Shown here: in pieces, positions 1-8,265 of the stretch
Layout: the number at the start of each line of letters is the position of its first letter
Numbering within the stretch: the stretch's first letter is position 1
NCBI GenBank assembly: GCA_036520635.1
Contig: DATDJH010000056.1
Coordinates: 1 to 35,481, forward strand
Source of the DNA: Acidimicrobiia bacterium
GTDB taxonomy: Bacteria > Actinomycetota > Acidimicrobiia > Spongiisociales > ZC4RG35
DNA length: 35,481 nucleotides
Direction of reading: 5' to 3'
Notes under the pieces: model-generated
Told to the model about the DNA's origin: nothing
What the model saw: only the letters and a program-made list of their open reading frames with translations
Database searches by the model: none
Translations under genes and position numbers: made by a program

Positions 1-260
1 AGCCGTCGCACGGCCTCGCCCAAGGAGCCAGGGTCGGTGCCGTAGAGCTGGATGGAGCGGGGGCTTTCGTCGGCATCAAAGGCGGCTAGGGCGAGAGTCT
101 TCTCGTCACCTTCGACCAGGCCCCGGGCACCGATCATCTCGGAGACGTAGAGCCCGGCGCCGAATTCACGGCACAGCCGGCGAAATGGCGCATTGGTGAC
201 CCCGGCCATCGGGGCCAGCACCACCGGGAGCTCTACGGTCAGGGGGCCGATGCGAAGCAT
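1..260 (-). CDS. dus: tRNA-dihydrouridine synthase, N-terminal ~86 codons only (3' end lies beyond window start)
   Basis: Absent from the ORF track because it runs off the window. The reverse complement of 1-260 reads MLRIGPLTVELPVVLAPMAGVTNAPFRRLCREFGAGLYVSEMIGARGLVEGDEKTLALAAFDADESPRSIQLYGTDPGSLGEAVRR, with ATG at 260-258. APMAGVT..PFR..C and SEMI are the conserved Dus-family N-terminus. Confidence 0.8.
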   Translation of the reverse strand, partial: MLRIGPLTVELPVVLAPMAGVTNAPFRRLCREFGAGLYVSEMIGARGLVEGDEKTLALAAFDADESPRSIQLYGTDPGSLGEAVRR

Positions 261-272
261 ATGGCTGTCAGG

Positions 273-683
273 CTAAAGACCCTCGAGATCCTTGATGTTC
301 TGCAGGCGGACTTGGCCCCGAGCCACCAGCTTCCCGTCCTCTTCGCGGGTCACCACGCACTGCCACAACTGCTGGGTGCGGCCCCGATGAATCGGTGTCG
401 CCTCACCGAGAAGCACCCCTTCACGGGTGGCCCTGATGAAGTCGGTCTGGTTGTTGATCCCCACCACTCCGGCCATGCCGTTTTCGATGGCCCAAATCGC
501 CCCTCCGGTCGACGTCAGGGTCTCGACCAGTGTGCAATAGACCCCGCCATGGACTACCCCGTAGGGCTGGTGATGGTTCTCGGTGATCTGAATCCTGCCT
601 GTCGCATGATCCGCCGAGGCGTCCGTGAGCTCGATGCCGCTATGCCCGACGAATGTGGTCCGATCCTCGAACGGATTTTCCAC
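273..683 (-). CDS. PaaI-type hotdog-fold acyl-CoA thioesterase
   Basis: 136 aa. The core 'PYGVVHGGVYCTLVET..G' and the C-terminal 'TPIHRGRTQQLWQCVV..GKLVARGQVRL' are typical of the PaaI/DHNA-CoA thioesterase family. The start abuts the stop of the upstream gene (683/684). Confidence 0.75.
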   Translation of the reverse strand: MENPFEDRTTFVGHSGIELTDASADHATGRIQITENHHQPYGVVHGGVYCTLVETLTSTGGAIWAIENGMAGVVGINNQTDFIRATREGVLLGEATPIHRGRTQQLWQCVVTREEDGKLVARGQVRLQNIKDLEGL

Positions 684-1670
684 TCAGGCCCCGCAGCCCG
701 TTGAGATCTGCGCCATCGGCCCGAGGTCGTCGTTCACGTACTCCCAGACCTCTATGCCTACCCCTTCGTAGTAGGCGGAATCGAGGACGATTTCCATACG
801 GCCGTCACCACTGAGATCCGCCACCGCGGCGATGGAGAACGACAGGACGAAAGGTGTCTCGCCCTCCGCCAGCTCGACGACGACCGACTCTCCGATAACC
901 GATGTAGCCGGTGCTCCGTCGACGACTTTCTGAAGGAACGCAATCGAATAGTCGCCGACTTCGGCGAGCAGGCCGTCGGGCACGTCCTCGGAAACCACCA
1001 GAACCTCGTTGACACCGTCCCCTTCGAGGTCGACCCGGACCACCTGCTTGATCGGCGGGTTGGCCACGGTGAGGCCCCGCTCTGCAAGCAACTGCGAGGC
1101 GATTGCGGCATAGGTGCCGTCGTCGACGGTCTCTTCCACCAGATTGGGCACCAGGTCCCAGTCCGCCGAGATAGCCACCCCGAACGGCCCCGGCCAATCC
1201 CCCAACAAGTCCTCATCGGCAAGAACCACCCCAGGATTGTTCAGTGGCTCGCAGAGCAGCTCCTCGCCACCGCCCGTCGTCCTCGCCTCGACCCCGAGAA
1301 AGGCGATCTGATAGTCCTCGCCGCCGGACACGGGCAGGCTGGTGCCCTCGTCGACCTGGACCCAATTGCCGCCGTCCCACCAGCCGAGGCCGCCGAATCC
1401 GGCTGCGACCAAAGGCTCCTCTGCCCAGTTCCCCTCCAGACCGCCCGCAATCGAGGTCGTCGTCGCCTCCTGAGTCGTCGTCGTGGACTCATCACTCGTG
1501 GTCGTGGTGCCGTCCGAAACCGTGGTCGTGCTCCCAAGGGCAGTTGAAGTGGTGGTTGCCCCGAACTCGGTCGTGGTGGTCTCGCCGGCATCGTCCCTGG
1601 TGAACATGAAGATGAGGACGACCACGATGACCCCGAGCAGGACGGAAAGGGCGATTGTCCAACGGCGCAT
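684..1670 (-). CDS. Membrane-anchored extracytoplasmic protein with Thr-rich linker and FG-GAP/VCBS-like 'D.xGDG' repeats; function unknown
   Basis: 328 aa. It has an N-terminal TM helix (IALSVLLGVIVVVLIFMF) and a Thr-rich tract at aa 31-73. Two motifs, 'DLEGDGVNEVLVVS' and 'ADLSGDGRMEIVLDS', resemble FG-GAP/VCBS calcium-binding repeats. The codon pattern is consistent with the neighbouring genes. Confidence 0.6.
   Translation of the reverse strand: MRRWTIALSVLLGVIVVVLIFMFTRDDAGETTTTEFGATTTSTALGSTTTVSDGTTTTSDESTTTTQEATTTSIAGGLEGNWAEEPLVAAGFGGLGWWDGGNWVQVDEGTSLPVSGGEDYQIAFLGVEARTTGGGEELLCEPLNNPGVVLADEDLLGDWPGPFGVAISADWDLVPNLVEETVDDGTYAAIASQLLAERGLTVANPPIKQVVRVDLEGDGVNEVLVVSEDVPDGLLAEVGDYSIAFLQKVVDGAPATSVIGESVVVELAEGETPFVLSFSIAAVADLSGDGRMEIVLDSAYYEGVGIEVWEYVNDDLGPMAQISTGCGA
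1452..1580 (-). repeat. Coding low-complexity Thr-rich tract (ACC/ACG runs) in membrane protein 684-1670
   Basis: Translation reads TTTTEFGATTTSTALGSTTTVSDGTTTTSDESTTTTQEATTTS. The plus strand shows repeated ggtcgtggt/cgtcgtcgt units. Confidence 0.9.
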
Positions 1671-1679
1671 CGGGCCAAG

Positions 1680-2273
1680 TTACCCGCTGTCCTGGATTCT
1701 GAAGTGCGACAAACCTGCCCCCGCGGCCGACATCAACCGGTCGAGGAGGTGGATGGGGAGCCCCATCACCGTGAAGGGGCTGCCAATCACCCGCCTGACG
1801 AAAACCCCACCCATCCCTTGAAGGGCATAGGCACCAGCCTTGTCCATCGGCTCGCCGGTTCCGACGTAGTCGGCAATCTCGTCCTCGGTCATGGGGACCA
1901 TTTCGACCATCGCAACGTCGACGACCGCCTGAATCGAGAGCTCGCTGTCGAATCGAGCCACCGCCAGACCGGTGAGAACCTCGTGCGTCTCCCCCTGAAG
2001 GCGGCGCAACATCGCACGAGCCTCTTCGGGATGCCCCGGCTTCCCCATCACCCTCCCCTCGTGGACAACCGTGGTATCGGCTCCAATCACCAGTCGATCG
2101 AGCCTGGCGACTGTTTCGGCCTTAGCCCTGGCCACCCGCTCGACATAGAGAGCAGGCGCCTCATCGGGCAGTCGGGTCTCGTCGACGTCGGCCGGCTCGA
2201 CATCGAAATCGAGACGCAAGGTCTCGAGGAGAGCACGTCTCCGGGGAGATCCCGACGCCAACACCAATCTCAT
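1680..2273 (-). CDS. maf: Maf-like nucleoside triphosphate pyrophosphatase (septum formation inhibitor family)
   Basis: 197 aa. It carries the N-terminal 'LVLASGSPRRRALLETL' Maf signature, plus 'GADTTV', 'GKP' and 'DKAGAYALQG'. The start overlaps the upstream amidohydrolase stop by 4 nt (2270-2273). Confidence 0.9.
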   Translation of the reverse strand: MRLVLASGSPRRRALLETLRLDFDVEPADVDETRLPDEAPALYVERVARAKAETVARLDRLVIGADTTVVHEGRVMGKPGHPEEARAMLRRLQGETHEVLTGLAVARFDSELSIQAVVDVAMVEMVPMTEDEIADYVGTGEPMDKAGAYALQGMGGVFVRRVIGSPFTVMGLPIHLLDRLMSAAGAGLSHFRIQDSG

Positions 2274-3340
2274 CCCATTACCCGCCCGCGCCTGACCACC
2301 AGTGTCGGGTGGGCGAGGACCCGAGGGTCACGCGCCGGATCCTCTGCGTAAAGCACCACATTGGCTGGTGTCCCCACCTCGAAGGACGCAGCCCGGCCGG
2401 TAGCCCAGAATCCGGCCGAGGAAACAGCTTGCACAACGCGTTCCGGGCTCAGCCCCAGCTCCCAGAGCCGCACCGCCTCCTCAGCAACGGCTCGGGTACC
2501 CACCGCTAAATCGGTCCCGGTCAGGACAAAGACCCCAGCCTCGACAGCAATGCCAAGCAACCCGGCAGCGTTCTCGATGCCCTCGCGGAGAAGACGCCCA
2601 CCCGAGGACTCAGCCCCAAGCTGGCCGATGACTGCCTCCATTCGGAGAATCGTGGGGACCCACATTCCGCCGCGTGCGCCCAAGGCCCCAAGGTCGTCCT
2701 CGGTGAGGAACAGGCCATGCTCGATTGACTGGATTCCGGCCCTAACCGCCATGGAAGGCACCTCGCGCGCCATGGTGTGAATCGCAACCCGGGCGCCAAG
2801 CCGGCCAGCGGCCTCCACCGCTTCCACGAGCTCAGCTTCGGTGAAGTTCGGCATCGGCCCCACCCCGCGACGAGGCCAATCCCCGACCAGCTTCACCCAA
2901 CCCTCGCCTTCGAGGGCTGCCTCAGTGACGACGCGGGCGACCTCGCTGGGCGCGACCCTTCGCCCGAAATCCGGCCAATACCCGTCCTCGACCGCGTTGA
3001 TTACGCCGGCTGCCTCGATATCCGGACGCGCCTCTGGGCCGGTGGACCGAATCATCTCCATGGTCGTCAGGTCGCTCCAACCCTTATCCAAGGCGAGCAT
3101 CACCCCGGCGGCGAGCGCATCGCGGGCCCGTTCGGTGGCCCCCGCCACGCCATCGGTTACCCAGTCGACCCTCTCGACCGCGGCGAAATGTGCGTGGCCG
3201 TCGACCAGTCCCGGAATCGCCCACATTCCCTGCCCGAAGGTCGAGTCCGCCGAGCCTGACGGCTTGACCCAGGAATCACCGGCGATATCTCGAATCAGGG
3301 GCTCACCGCCGGGAGGCCGCAACACGAATCGCATCGACAC
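2270..3340 (-). CDS. Metal-dependent amidohydrolase family protein
   Basis: 356 aa. 'IPGLVDGHAHF' is the HxH metal motif of the amidohydrolase superfamily. Later 'VAIHT', 'IEHG' and 'LTGTDL' elements are also present. The start is GTG at 3340, or ATG at 3334. Confidence 0.75.
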   Translation of the reverse strand: MSMRFVLRPPGGEPLIRDIAGDSWVKPSGSADSTFGQGMWAIPGLVDGHAHFAAVERVDWVTDGVAGATERARDALAAGVMLALDKGWSDLTTMEMIRSTGPEARPDIEAAGVINAVEDGYWPDFGRRVAPSEVARVVTEAALEGEGWVKLVGDWPRRGVGPMPNFTEAELVEAVEAAGRLGARVAIHTMAREVPSMAVRAGIQSIEHGLFLTEDDLGALGARGGMWVPTILRMEAVIGQLGAESSGGRLLREGIENAAGLLGIAVEAGVFVLTGTDLAVGTRAVAEEAVRLWELGLSPERVVQAVSSAGFWATGRAASFEVGTPANVVLYAEDPARDPRVLAHPTLVVRRGRVMG

Positions 3341-3369
3341 ATGTGCGACGGTAACCGCCGGCTCCTGCC

Positions 3370-3375
3370 GATAAT
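3370..3375 (+). promoter_or_regulatory. Candidate -10 hexamer (GATAAT) for a leaderless S41-peptidase transcript
   Basis: GATAAT ends 6 nt before the A of ATG at 3382, the spacing expected for actinobacterial leaderless mRNAs. I found no convincing -35 element. Confidence 0.25.
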
Positions 3376-3378
3376 GCC

Positions 3379-4764
3379 GTGATGCTCAAGTCGGTCCTCG
3401 TCGCCGCTCTCTTGGTTTCCGCCTGCACTTCGGGCGCGGGTCAAACGACCACCACGACCCCCGCCACGCCGACCACGACATCTCTCAGACCAACGACGAC
3501 AGCGCCCCCGCTTCCAGTCCAGGTGGATGACTGCTCGGCGCCACAGGTCTCGTTTTCGGCTCTCTGTGAGACTTACCAACTGATTCAGGAGTGGCATGTC
3601 GATCGTCCCCTCGACACGACAGCGCTGGCGGCGGCGGCTCTCGAGGGACTCGACAACTTTGCAACCGACCAGTCCGCCGATCCGCCCCGGGCCCTGATGT
3701 GTGCGATCCCGGATCCTGCATTCGCTGACTTGTGCGAACACCTCGCCGCCAGGGTGGACTCGGAGTCGATCCCGATCGGCCCCGCAGTTGAAGCCGCCGT
3801 GAGCGAGATGGCCAATCACGGTCTCGACCAATTCTCCTATTACGTGCCGCCTGATCAGGTCGGGGCCTTTCGATCCAACGGAGTGGTTGGAGGAGTCGGG
3901 GCCCTTCTCGACGCCACCGATGCCGTGGGCTCACATTGCGCTCGAGTGACGGCCTCGTGCCCGCTGCGGGTCGTGTTCGTCGTTGAAGACAACCCGGCCG
4001 AGGCGGCTGGCCTTTTGGCTGGAGATGTCATCACCGCAATCGACGGCACGAGCATCGACGGCATGGGATTCGTGGACGTCGTGAGCCAGATCGCGGGCGA
4101 TGAGACGGGGACCGTTGCCATAACCGTCCAGCGCGTCGATGGGCAGTCGGATGTCCTCGATATCGAGCGCGATGAGCTGACCATTCCCACGGTCGAAATC
4201 GACGCCCCCCGACCCCGGGTCGGCCTCATCCGCATCCCGGACTTCGAGGATGACATCCCTGACCTGGTCCACCTCGGTCTCACCGATCTCATCGATTACG
4301 GGATCGACACCCTGATCGTCGACCTTCGGGACAACCCCGGCGGTTATGTCGACGCCGCGGTTCTGGTGATCTCCGAATTCGTCGAGGACGGTGTCATTTT
4401 CCACACCTCCGACCCCGAAGCGGAGAACGATGTCACCGCCGTGGGCGGCGGATTGGCCACCGGAGTCGACCTCATCGTCCTCGTGAACCAGGGCACCGCA
4501 TCCGCTGCCGAGATCACGGCGACTGCCCTCCGGGACCGTCGGGGAGCCGTCATCGTCGGCGAACCCACCTTTGGTAAGAATGCGGTGCAGATACCCTTCG
4601 AGCTTCGGAACGGAGGCGAGCTCTATGTGGCCGTCGCTCACTGGACGAGCCCGAATGGAGACTCGGTGGCAGAAACTGGTATCGCCCCTGATCACCTCGT
4701 TTCGCTTCCTGCCGGCCTGACCAAGGAAGAACTGGTCGATCTGTCTGTGGAGGCGTCCGGTTGA
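3379..4764 (+). CDS. S41-family C-terminal processing peptidase, lipoprotein, with PDZ domain (paralog 1)
   Basis: 461 aa. The signal peptide carries a lipobox ('LLVSAC'), followed by a Thr/Pro linker. The PDZ segment reads 'NPAEAAGLLAGDVITAIDG'. S41 motifs are 'DLRDNPGGY', 'NQGTASAAEI' (catalytic Ser) and 'GEPTFGKN' (catalytic Lys). The true start may be ATG at 3382. Confidence 0.85.
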   Translation: MMLKSVLVAALLVSACTSGAGQTTTTTPATPTTTSLRPTTTAPPLPVQVDDCSAPQVSFSALCETYQLIQEWHVDRPLDTTALAAAALEGLDNFATDQSADPPRALMCAIPDPAFADLCEHLAARVDSESIPIGPAVEAAVSEMANHGLDQFSYYVPPDQVGAFRSNGVVGGVGALLDATDAVGSHCARVTASCPLRVVFVVEDNPAEAAGLLAGDVITAIDGTSIDGMGFVDVVSQIAGDETGTVAITVQRVDGQSDVLDIERDELTIPTVEIDAPRPRVGLIRIPDFEDDIPDLVHLGLTDLIDYGIDTLIVDLRDNPGGYVDAAVLVISEFVEDGVIFHTSDPEAENDVTAVGGGLATGVDLIVLVNQGTASAAEITATALRDRRGAVIVGEPTFGKNAVQIPFELRNGGELYVAVAHWTSPNGDSVAETGIAPDHLVSLPAGLTKEELVDLSVEASG

Positions 4765-6149
4765 AGGGCCCCTTGCGCCTCGTCGCGCTTGCCCTCGTGG
4801 TCACCATCGCCGCTTGCACTGAAGTGGCTGGCAATGAAGGCACCCAACCTGTCTCCACCTCCTCGACTACCCCCACGGCCAGCCCTGAACCGCCCCGGCG
4901 CGACCTCGAGACCGTCACCTGTGATCAGGCGACAGAAGATGTCGAGATCGTCTGTGAGGCCTACGAACTCGTGCGGCGTCACTATGTCGATGATCCGGCC
5001 GACGTCGATCTGGCGGGTGCCGCAGCCCTAGGGGTGGCCGATCTCGACGGATCGACCTCAACCAGCGCCCTGGTCTGCGCCGAGCCAACCGATGAGTTCG
5101 ATGCAACCTGTCGGTCGATCGTCGACGAGGCCGAAACCACTTCCGAGGCCGCTGAGGCGATGGTGGCGGGCTTGGCAACCTATGGCCTTGATGCCAACTC
5201 GGTTTACCTCGATCGAGAGTCGCTGGCGCTGCTCGAGGAGGAGCAGGACGGCGAGATCCATGGGATAGGCGCGCTGGTCATTGCCGAGGACTCATCGACT
5301 GGGACCAAGGCACAGTGCCAAGTGGTCTCCGCGACCTGCCACCTGCTCATTGTCTCGACCATCGAAGGAAGCCCTGCGCAATCTGCCGGACTGATGCGTG
5401 ACGACGTGATCCTGCGCGTTGACGGAGCCGACGTTGACGGATGGACTGTCGACGAGGTGACCTCGACGGTGAGGGGTCAGGCCGGCAGCGAGGTCACCCT
5501 CACCGTGCTCCGCGATGGAGACCAGTTCGATGTGACGATCATCCGAGCCGACGTGGTCATTCCCGTCGTGGAGAGCCAGCTCGTGGGGCATACGGGATAC
5601 GTGCGACTCAACCTGTTCACCGGGGACGCAGACGAGCAGTTCGAGGAAGCAGTGGCCACCCTGCTCACGGCTGACGCCGACTCCCTCGTCATCGACCTCC
5701 GGGACAACCCGGGTGGCCTCCTCGACACTGCTATCGCCGTGACGTCGGTATTCCTCGCCGATGGCGATGTGGTCGTCACCGAGGGACCCGAAGGGAGCAC
5801 CTCCTACGAGGTGTCGGGCCATCCGTTGGTGCCCTCCGACCTGGACGTCGTCTTCGTCGTCAACAAGGGCAGCGCCTCGGCCTCCGAGGTCGTCTCCGCC
5901 GTCCTTCAGGAGCGGGGAAGAGCCACCGTCGTTGGCGAGAACACCTTTGGCAAGAACACGGTTCAGCAGCGATTCGGGCTCTCCAACGGAGGGGCGCTCA
6001 AGCTGACCGTCGCACGCTGGGTCACACCCGGCGGGCTCGACTTCGGCGAAACCGGCGTGAGCCCCGACGTCGAGCAGCGGATCGATGGTGGGCTCGCCGT
6101 GGACAGCGTTGTCAGGATGGCCCTGGAAGCCTCACTCAGGGCCAGCTGA
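4761..6149 (+). CDS. S41-family C-terminal processing peptidase, lipoprotein, with PDZ domain (paralog 2)
   Basis: 462 aa. The TTG start overlaps the TGA stop of paralog 1 (TTGA at 4761-4764). The lipobox is 'VTIAAC' and the PDZ segment is 'SPAQSAGLMRDDVILRVDG'. S41 motifs are 'DLRDNPGGL', 'NKGSASASEV' and 'GENTFGKN'. Confidence 0.85.
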   Translation: MKGPLRLVALALVVTIAACTEVAGNEGTQPVSTSSTTPTASPEPPRRDLETVTCDQATEDVEIVCEAYELVRRHYVDDPADVDLAGAAALGVADLDGSTSTSALVCAEPTDEFDATCRSIVDEAETTSEAAEAMVAGLATYGLDANSVYLDRESLALLEEEQDGEIHGIGALVIAEDSSTGTKAQCQVVSATCHLLIVSTIEGSPAQSAGLMRDDVILRVDGADVDGWTVDEVTSTVRGQAGSEVTLTVLRDGDQFDVTIIRADVVIPVVESQLVGHTGYVRLNLFTGDADEQFEEAVATLLTADADSLVIDLRDNPGGLLDTAIAVTSVFLADGDVVVTEGPEGSTSYEVSGHPLVPSDLDVVFVVNKGSASASEVVSAVLQERGRATVVGENTFGKNTVQQRFGLSNGGALKLTVARWVTPGGLDFGETGVSPDVEQRIDGGLAVDSVVRMALEASLRAS

Positions 6150-6155
6150 ACTCAG

Positions 6156-6791
6156 TCAGGCGATCGGGTAGGCGATCCCGGTGTTGGCGTGGCAGTCGTA
6201 TCCGTGCGGGTTCTTCGCCAGGTATTGCTGGTGGTAATCCTCGGCGTAGTAGAACTCTCCCAGAGGCGCGATCTCGGTTGTGATGTCACCGAAGCCAAGA
6301 GGTGTCAACTCTGCCTGGTACTTGTCCTGTGACCGCTTCGCTATTTCCAATTGCTCGTCGGTGGTGGTGTAGATCGCCGACCGGTACTGGGTGCCGATGT
6401 CGTTGCCCTGCTGCATTCCCTGCGTCGGGTCGTGGGTCTCCCAGAAGGTGCGCAACAGTTCCTCGTACGACACCTCGGCCGGCCGATAAACGACCAACGT
6501 CACCTCGCTGTGGCCGGTACGGCCGGTGCACACCTCCTCGTAGGAGGGATTCGGGGTATAGCCCCCGGCGTACCCGGCGGCCGTGCTGTAGACGCCGTCC
6601 ATCTTCCAGAATCGCCGCTCGGCCCCCCAGAAGCAGCCCATCCCGAAGACGGCCACCTCGGTGTCCGCGGGGAAGGGCGCGGTCAACGGATTCCCATTCA
6701 CGAAATGGGTGGGCGGCACGACCACTGACCGGTCCCTCCCGGGAAGGGCATCGCTCGCACCTGTCATCTCGCTCTTCTTTCGTCCAAACAT
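6156..6791 (-). CDS. msrA: Peptide-methionine (S)-S-oxide reductase
   Basis: 211 aa. It has the '[10 protein letters not shown]' active-site motif, plus '[20 protein letters not shown]' and 'DYHQQYL'. Confidence 0.95.
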   Translation of the reverse strand: MFGRKKSEMTGASDALPGRDRSVVVPPTHFVNGNPLTAPFPADTEVAVFGMGCFWGAERRFWKMDGVYSTAAGYAGGYTPNPSYEEVCTGRTGHSEVTLVVYRPAEVSYEELLRTFWETHDPTQGMQQGNDIGTQYRSAIYTTTDEQLEIAKRSQDKYQAELTPLGFGDITTEIAPLGEFYYAEDYHQQYLAKNPHGYDCHANTGIAYPIA

Positions 6792-6868
6792 CTCGATCGA
6801 CCTCCTGGCCGATACAACCCGATCGTTTGGCCACGCGTTCCCGATCGGCCTAGTTTCCTCGAGTCCTC

Positions 6869-7771
6869 ATGGTGCGGTACAAGAAAGAGCCAGTCAGTAA
6901 GGGACTCGAAGACCGGCGGGGTCAAACCACTTCGCGCCGTGGAATCGCACTCGGCGGAGGGGCAGGCGGGATCGGGCTGATCGTCGTGTTATTGGTCATG
7001 TTTCTCGGCGGCGGTGGAATCGATCCGGGAGCGCTTGACGACATCACCGATGCCCTTGCCCCTGGCGTGGTGGCTCCCGAAAACGAGGGCACGATCGCTC
7101 CCACTGCCGACCCTGACGCCGACCTCAAGGACTACATGAACGCGGTGTACACCGACCTCGACCTGATGTGGACGGATGTCTTCATCGCGGCAGGGCGGGA
7201 TGACTACAGAATGCCTGGGTTTGTGATCTTCGAGGACTACACGGACTCTGGGTGTGGCGGCGCAGACGAGACGGTCGGGCCTCACTACTGCCCCGTGGAC
7301 GAGAAGATCTACCTCGACTTTGACTTCTTCACCCTCTTGGAGGATCAGTTCGGTGCGGGAGGCGATTTCGCCCCTGCATACGTGATCGCACACGAGTTCG
7401 GCCATCACATCCAAACAGTGATCGGAGTCTCCGACGAGGTACGAGCGCTCCAACAACAGAATCCCGACCAGGCCAACGAGCTTTCGATCCTCATGGAGTT
7501 GCAGGCTGACTGCTTTGCCGGGGTGTGGGCATCCACCCTTGCGGTTGGGACCGGAACCGACGAGTCAGTAGAGCTGGACCCGGGAGAGATCCAGGAGGCG
7601 ATCGAGGCGGCGGAGGCGGTTGGTGACGATCGGATCCAGAGTCAGGTGACGGGCCAGATCAACCCTGAGACGTGGACCCATGGATCGGCTGAACAACGCG
7701 CACAGTGGACCATGACCGGCTACGACTCAGGGGATCCCGGGGCCTGTGACACATTCTCGGCCGGTGGCTGA
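6869..7771 (+). CDS. ypfJ: YpfJ-family putative neutral zinc metallopeptidase
   Basis: 300 aa. The N-terminus 'LEDRRG' is followed by a TM segment. 'GPHYCP.D.KIYLD', 'GDFAPAYVIAHEFGHHIQ' (HExxH), 'ELQADCFAGVWA', 'GDDRIQ' and 'THGS.EQR..W...GYDSGDP..CDTF' all match my recollection of E. coli YpfJ. Confidence 0.85.
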   Translation: MVRYKKEPVSKGLEDRRGQTTSRRGIALGGGAGGIGLIVVLLVMFLGGGGIDPGALDDITDALAPGVVAPENEGTIAPTADPDADLKDYMNAVYTDLDLMWTDVFIAAGRDDYRMPGFVIFEDYTDSGCGGADETVGPHYCPVDEKIYLDFDFFTLLEDQFGAGGDFAPAYVIAHEFGHHIQTVIGVSDEVRALQQQNPDQANELSILMELQADCFAGVWASTLAVGTGTDESVELDPGEIQEAIEAAEAVGDDRIQSQVTGQINPETWTHGSAEQRAQWTMTGYDSGDPGACDTFSAGG

Positions 7772-7777
7772 GACCAC

Positions 7778-8167
7778 CTAGACCGAACTGGAAACGATCG
7801 CCTCGGCTTCGATCTCGACCTTCCACCGCTCGTCGAGCAGCCCGGCCACCACGACCATCGTCGACGCCGGTCTCACCTGACCGAACACCTCACCGTGAGC
7901 GCTCCCGACAGCATCCGCATAGGAGGCGTCGGTGAGGAACGACCTGGTCCGTACCACGTCACTCGCACGGGCTCCCGCCTGGTACAGCGCATCGAGAATG
8001 ATCTCGAGACACCGCCTCGCCTGTGTCGCGGGATCGGGGTCGACCTCGCCATCGGGCCAGATCGGCGCAGTCCCCGCCACGAGGACTCGATCGCCAACCC
8101 GGACGGCACGGCTGAAACCGATGAGTGGCTCGAATGGCGAGCCCGAGGAGATGTTCAGACGGTCGAT
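7778..8167 (-). CDS. RidA/YjgF-family protein; start uncertain (track gives GTG at 8080; conserved N-terminus continues upstream to a candidate ATC at 8167)
   Basis: The track ORF 7778-8080 encodes 'AGTAPIWPDG...RTRSFLTD...VEIEAEAIV'. The same frame stays open up to TGA at 8227-8225. That upstream stretch encodes 'IDRLNISSGSPFEPLIGFSRAVRVGDRVLV', the conserved first strands of this Rid subfamily. The extension contains no ATG, GTG or TTG. Confidence 0.7.
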   Translation of the reverse strand: MDRLNISSGSPFEPLIGFSRAVRVGDRVLVAGTAPIWPDGEVDPDPATQARRCLEIILDALYQAGARASDVVRTRSFLTDASYADAVGSAHGEVFGQVRPASTMVVVAGLLDERWKVEIEAEAIVSSSV

Positions 8168-8265
8168 AGCCGACCTTAAACCTCGCGAACTCGGCCTGTC
8201 CGCCCAAACCCCTGGGTCCCCACTTCACGTGGCTGAGAGCTTTGGTTACCCTTGCCTCCCAACCG

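Noticed and set aside
8242-8265. TTG at 8242 as the start of the lytic transglycosylase (track call)
   Set aside because: It adds 'MVTLASQP' before a textbook signal peptide that begins at ATG 8266 (MRCRR + hydrophobic core + ARA-Q). The ATG start is more plausible.
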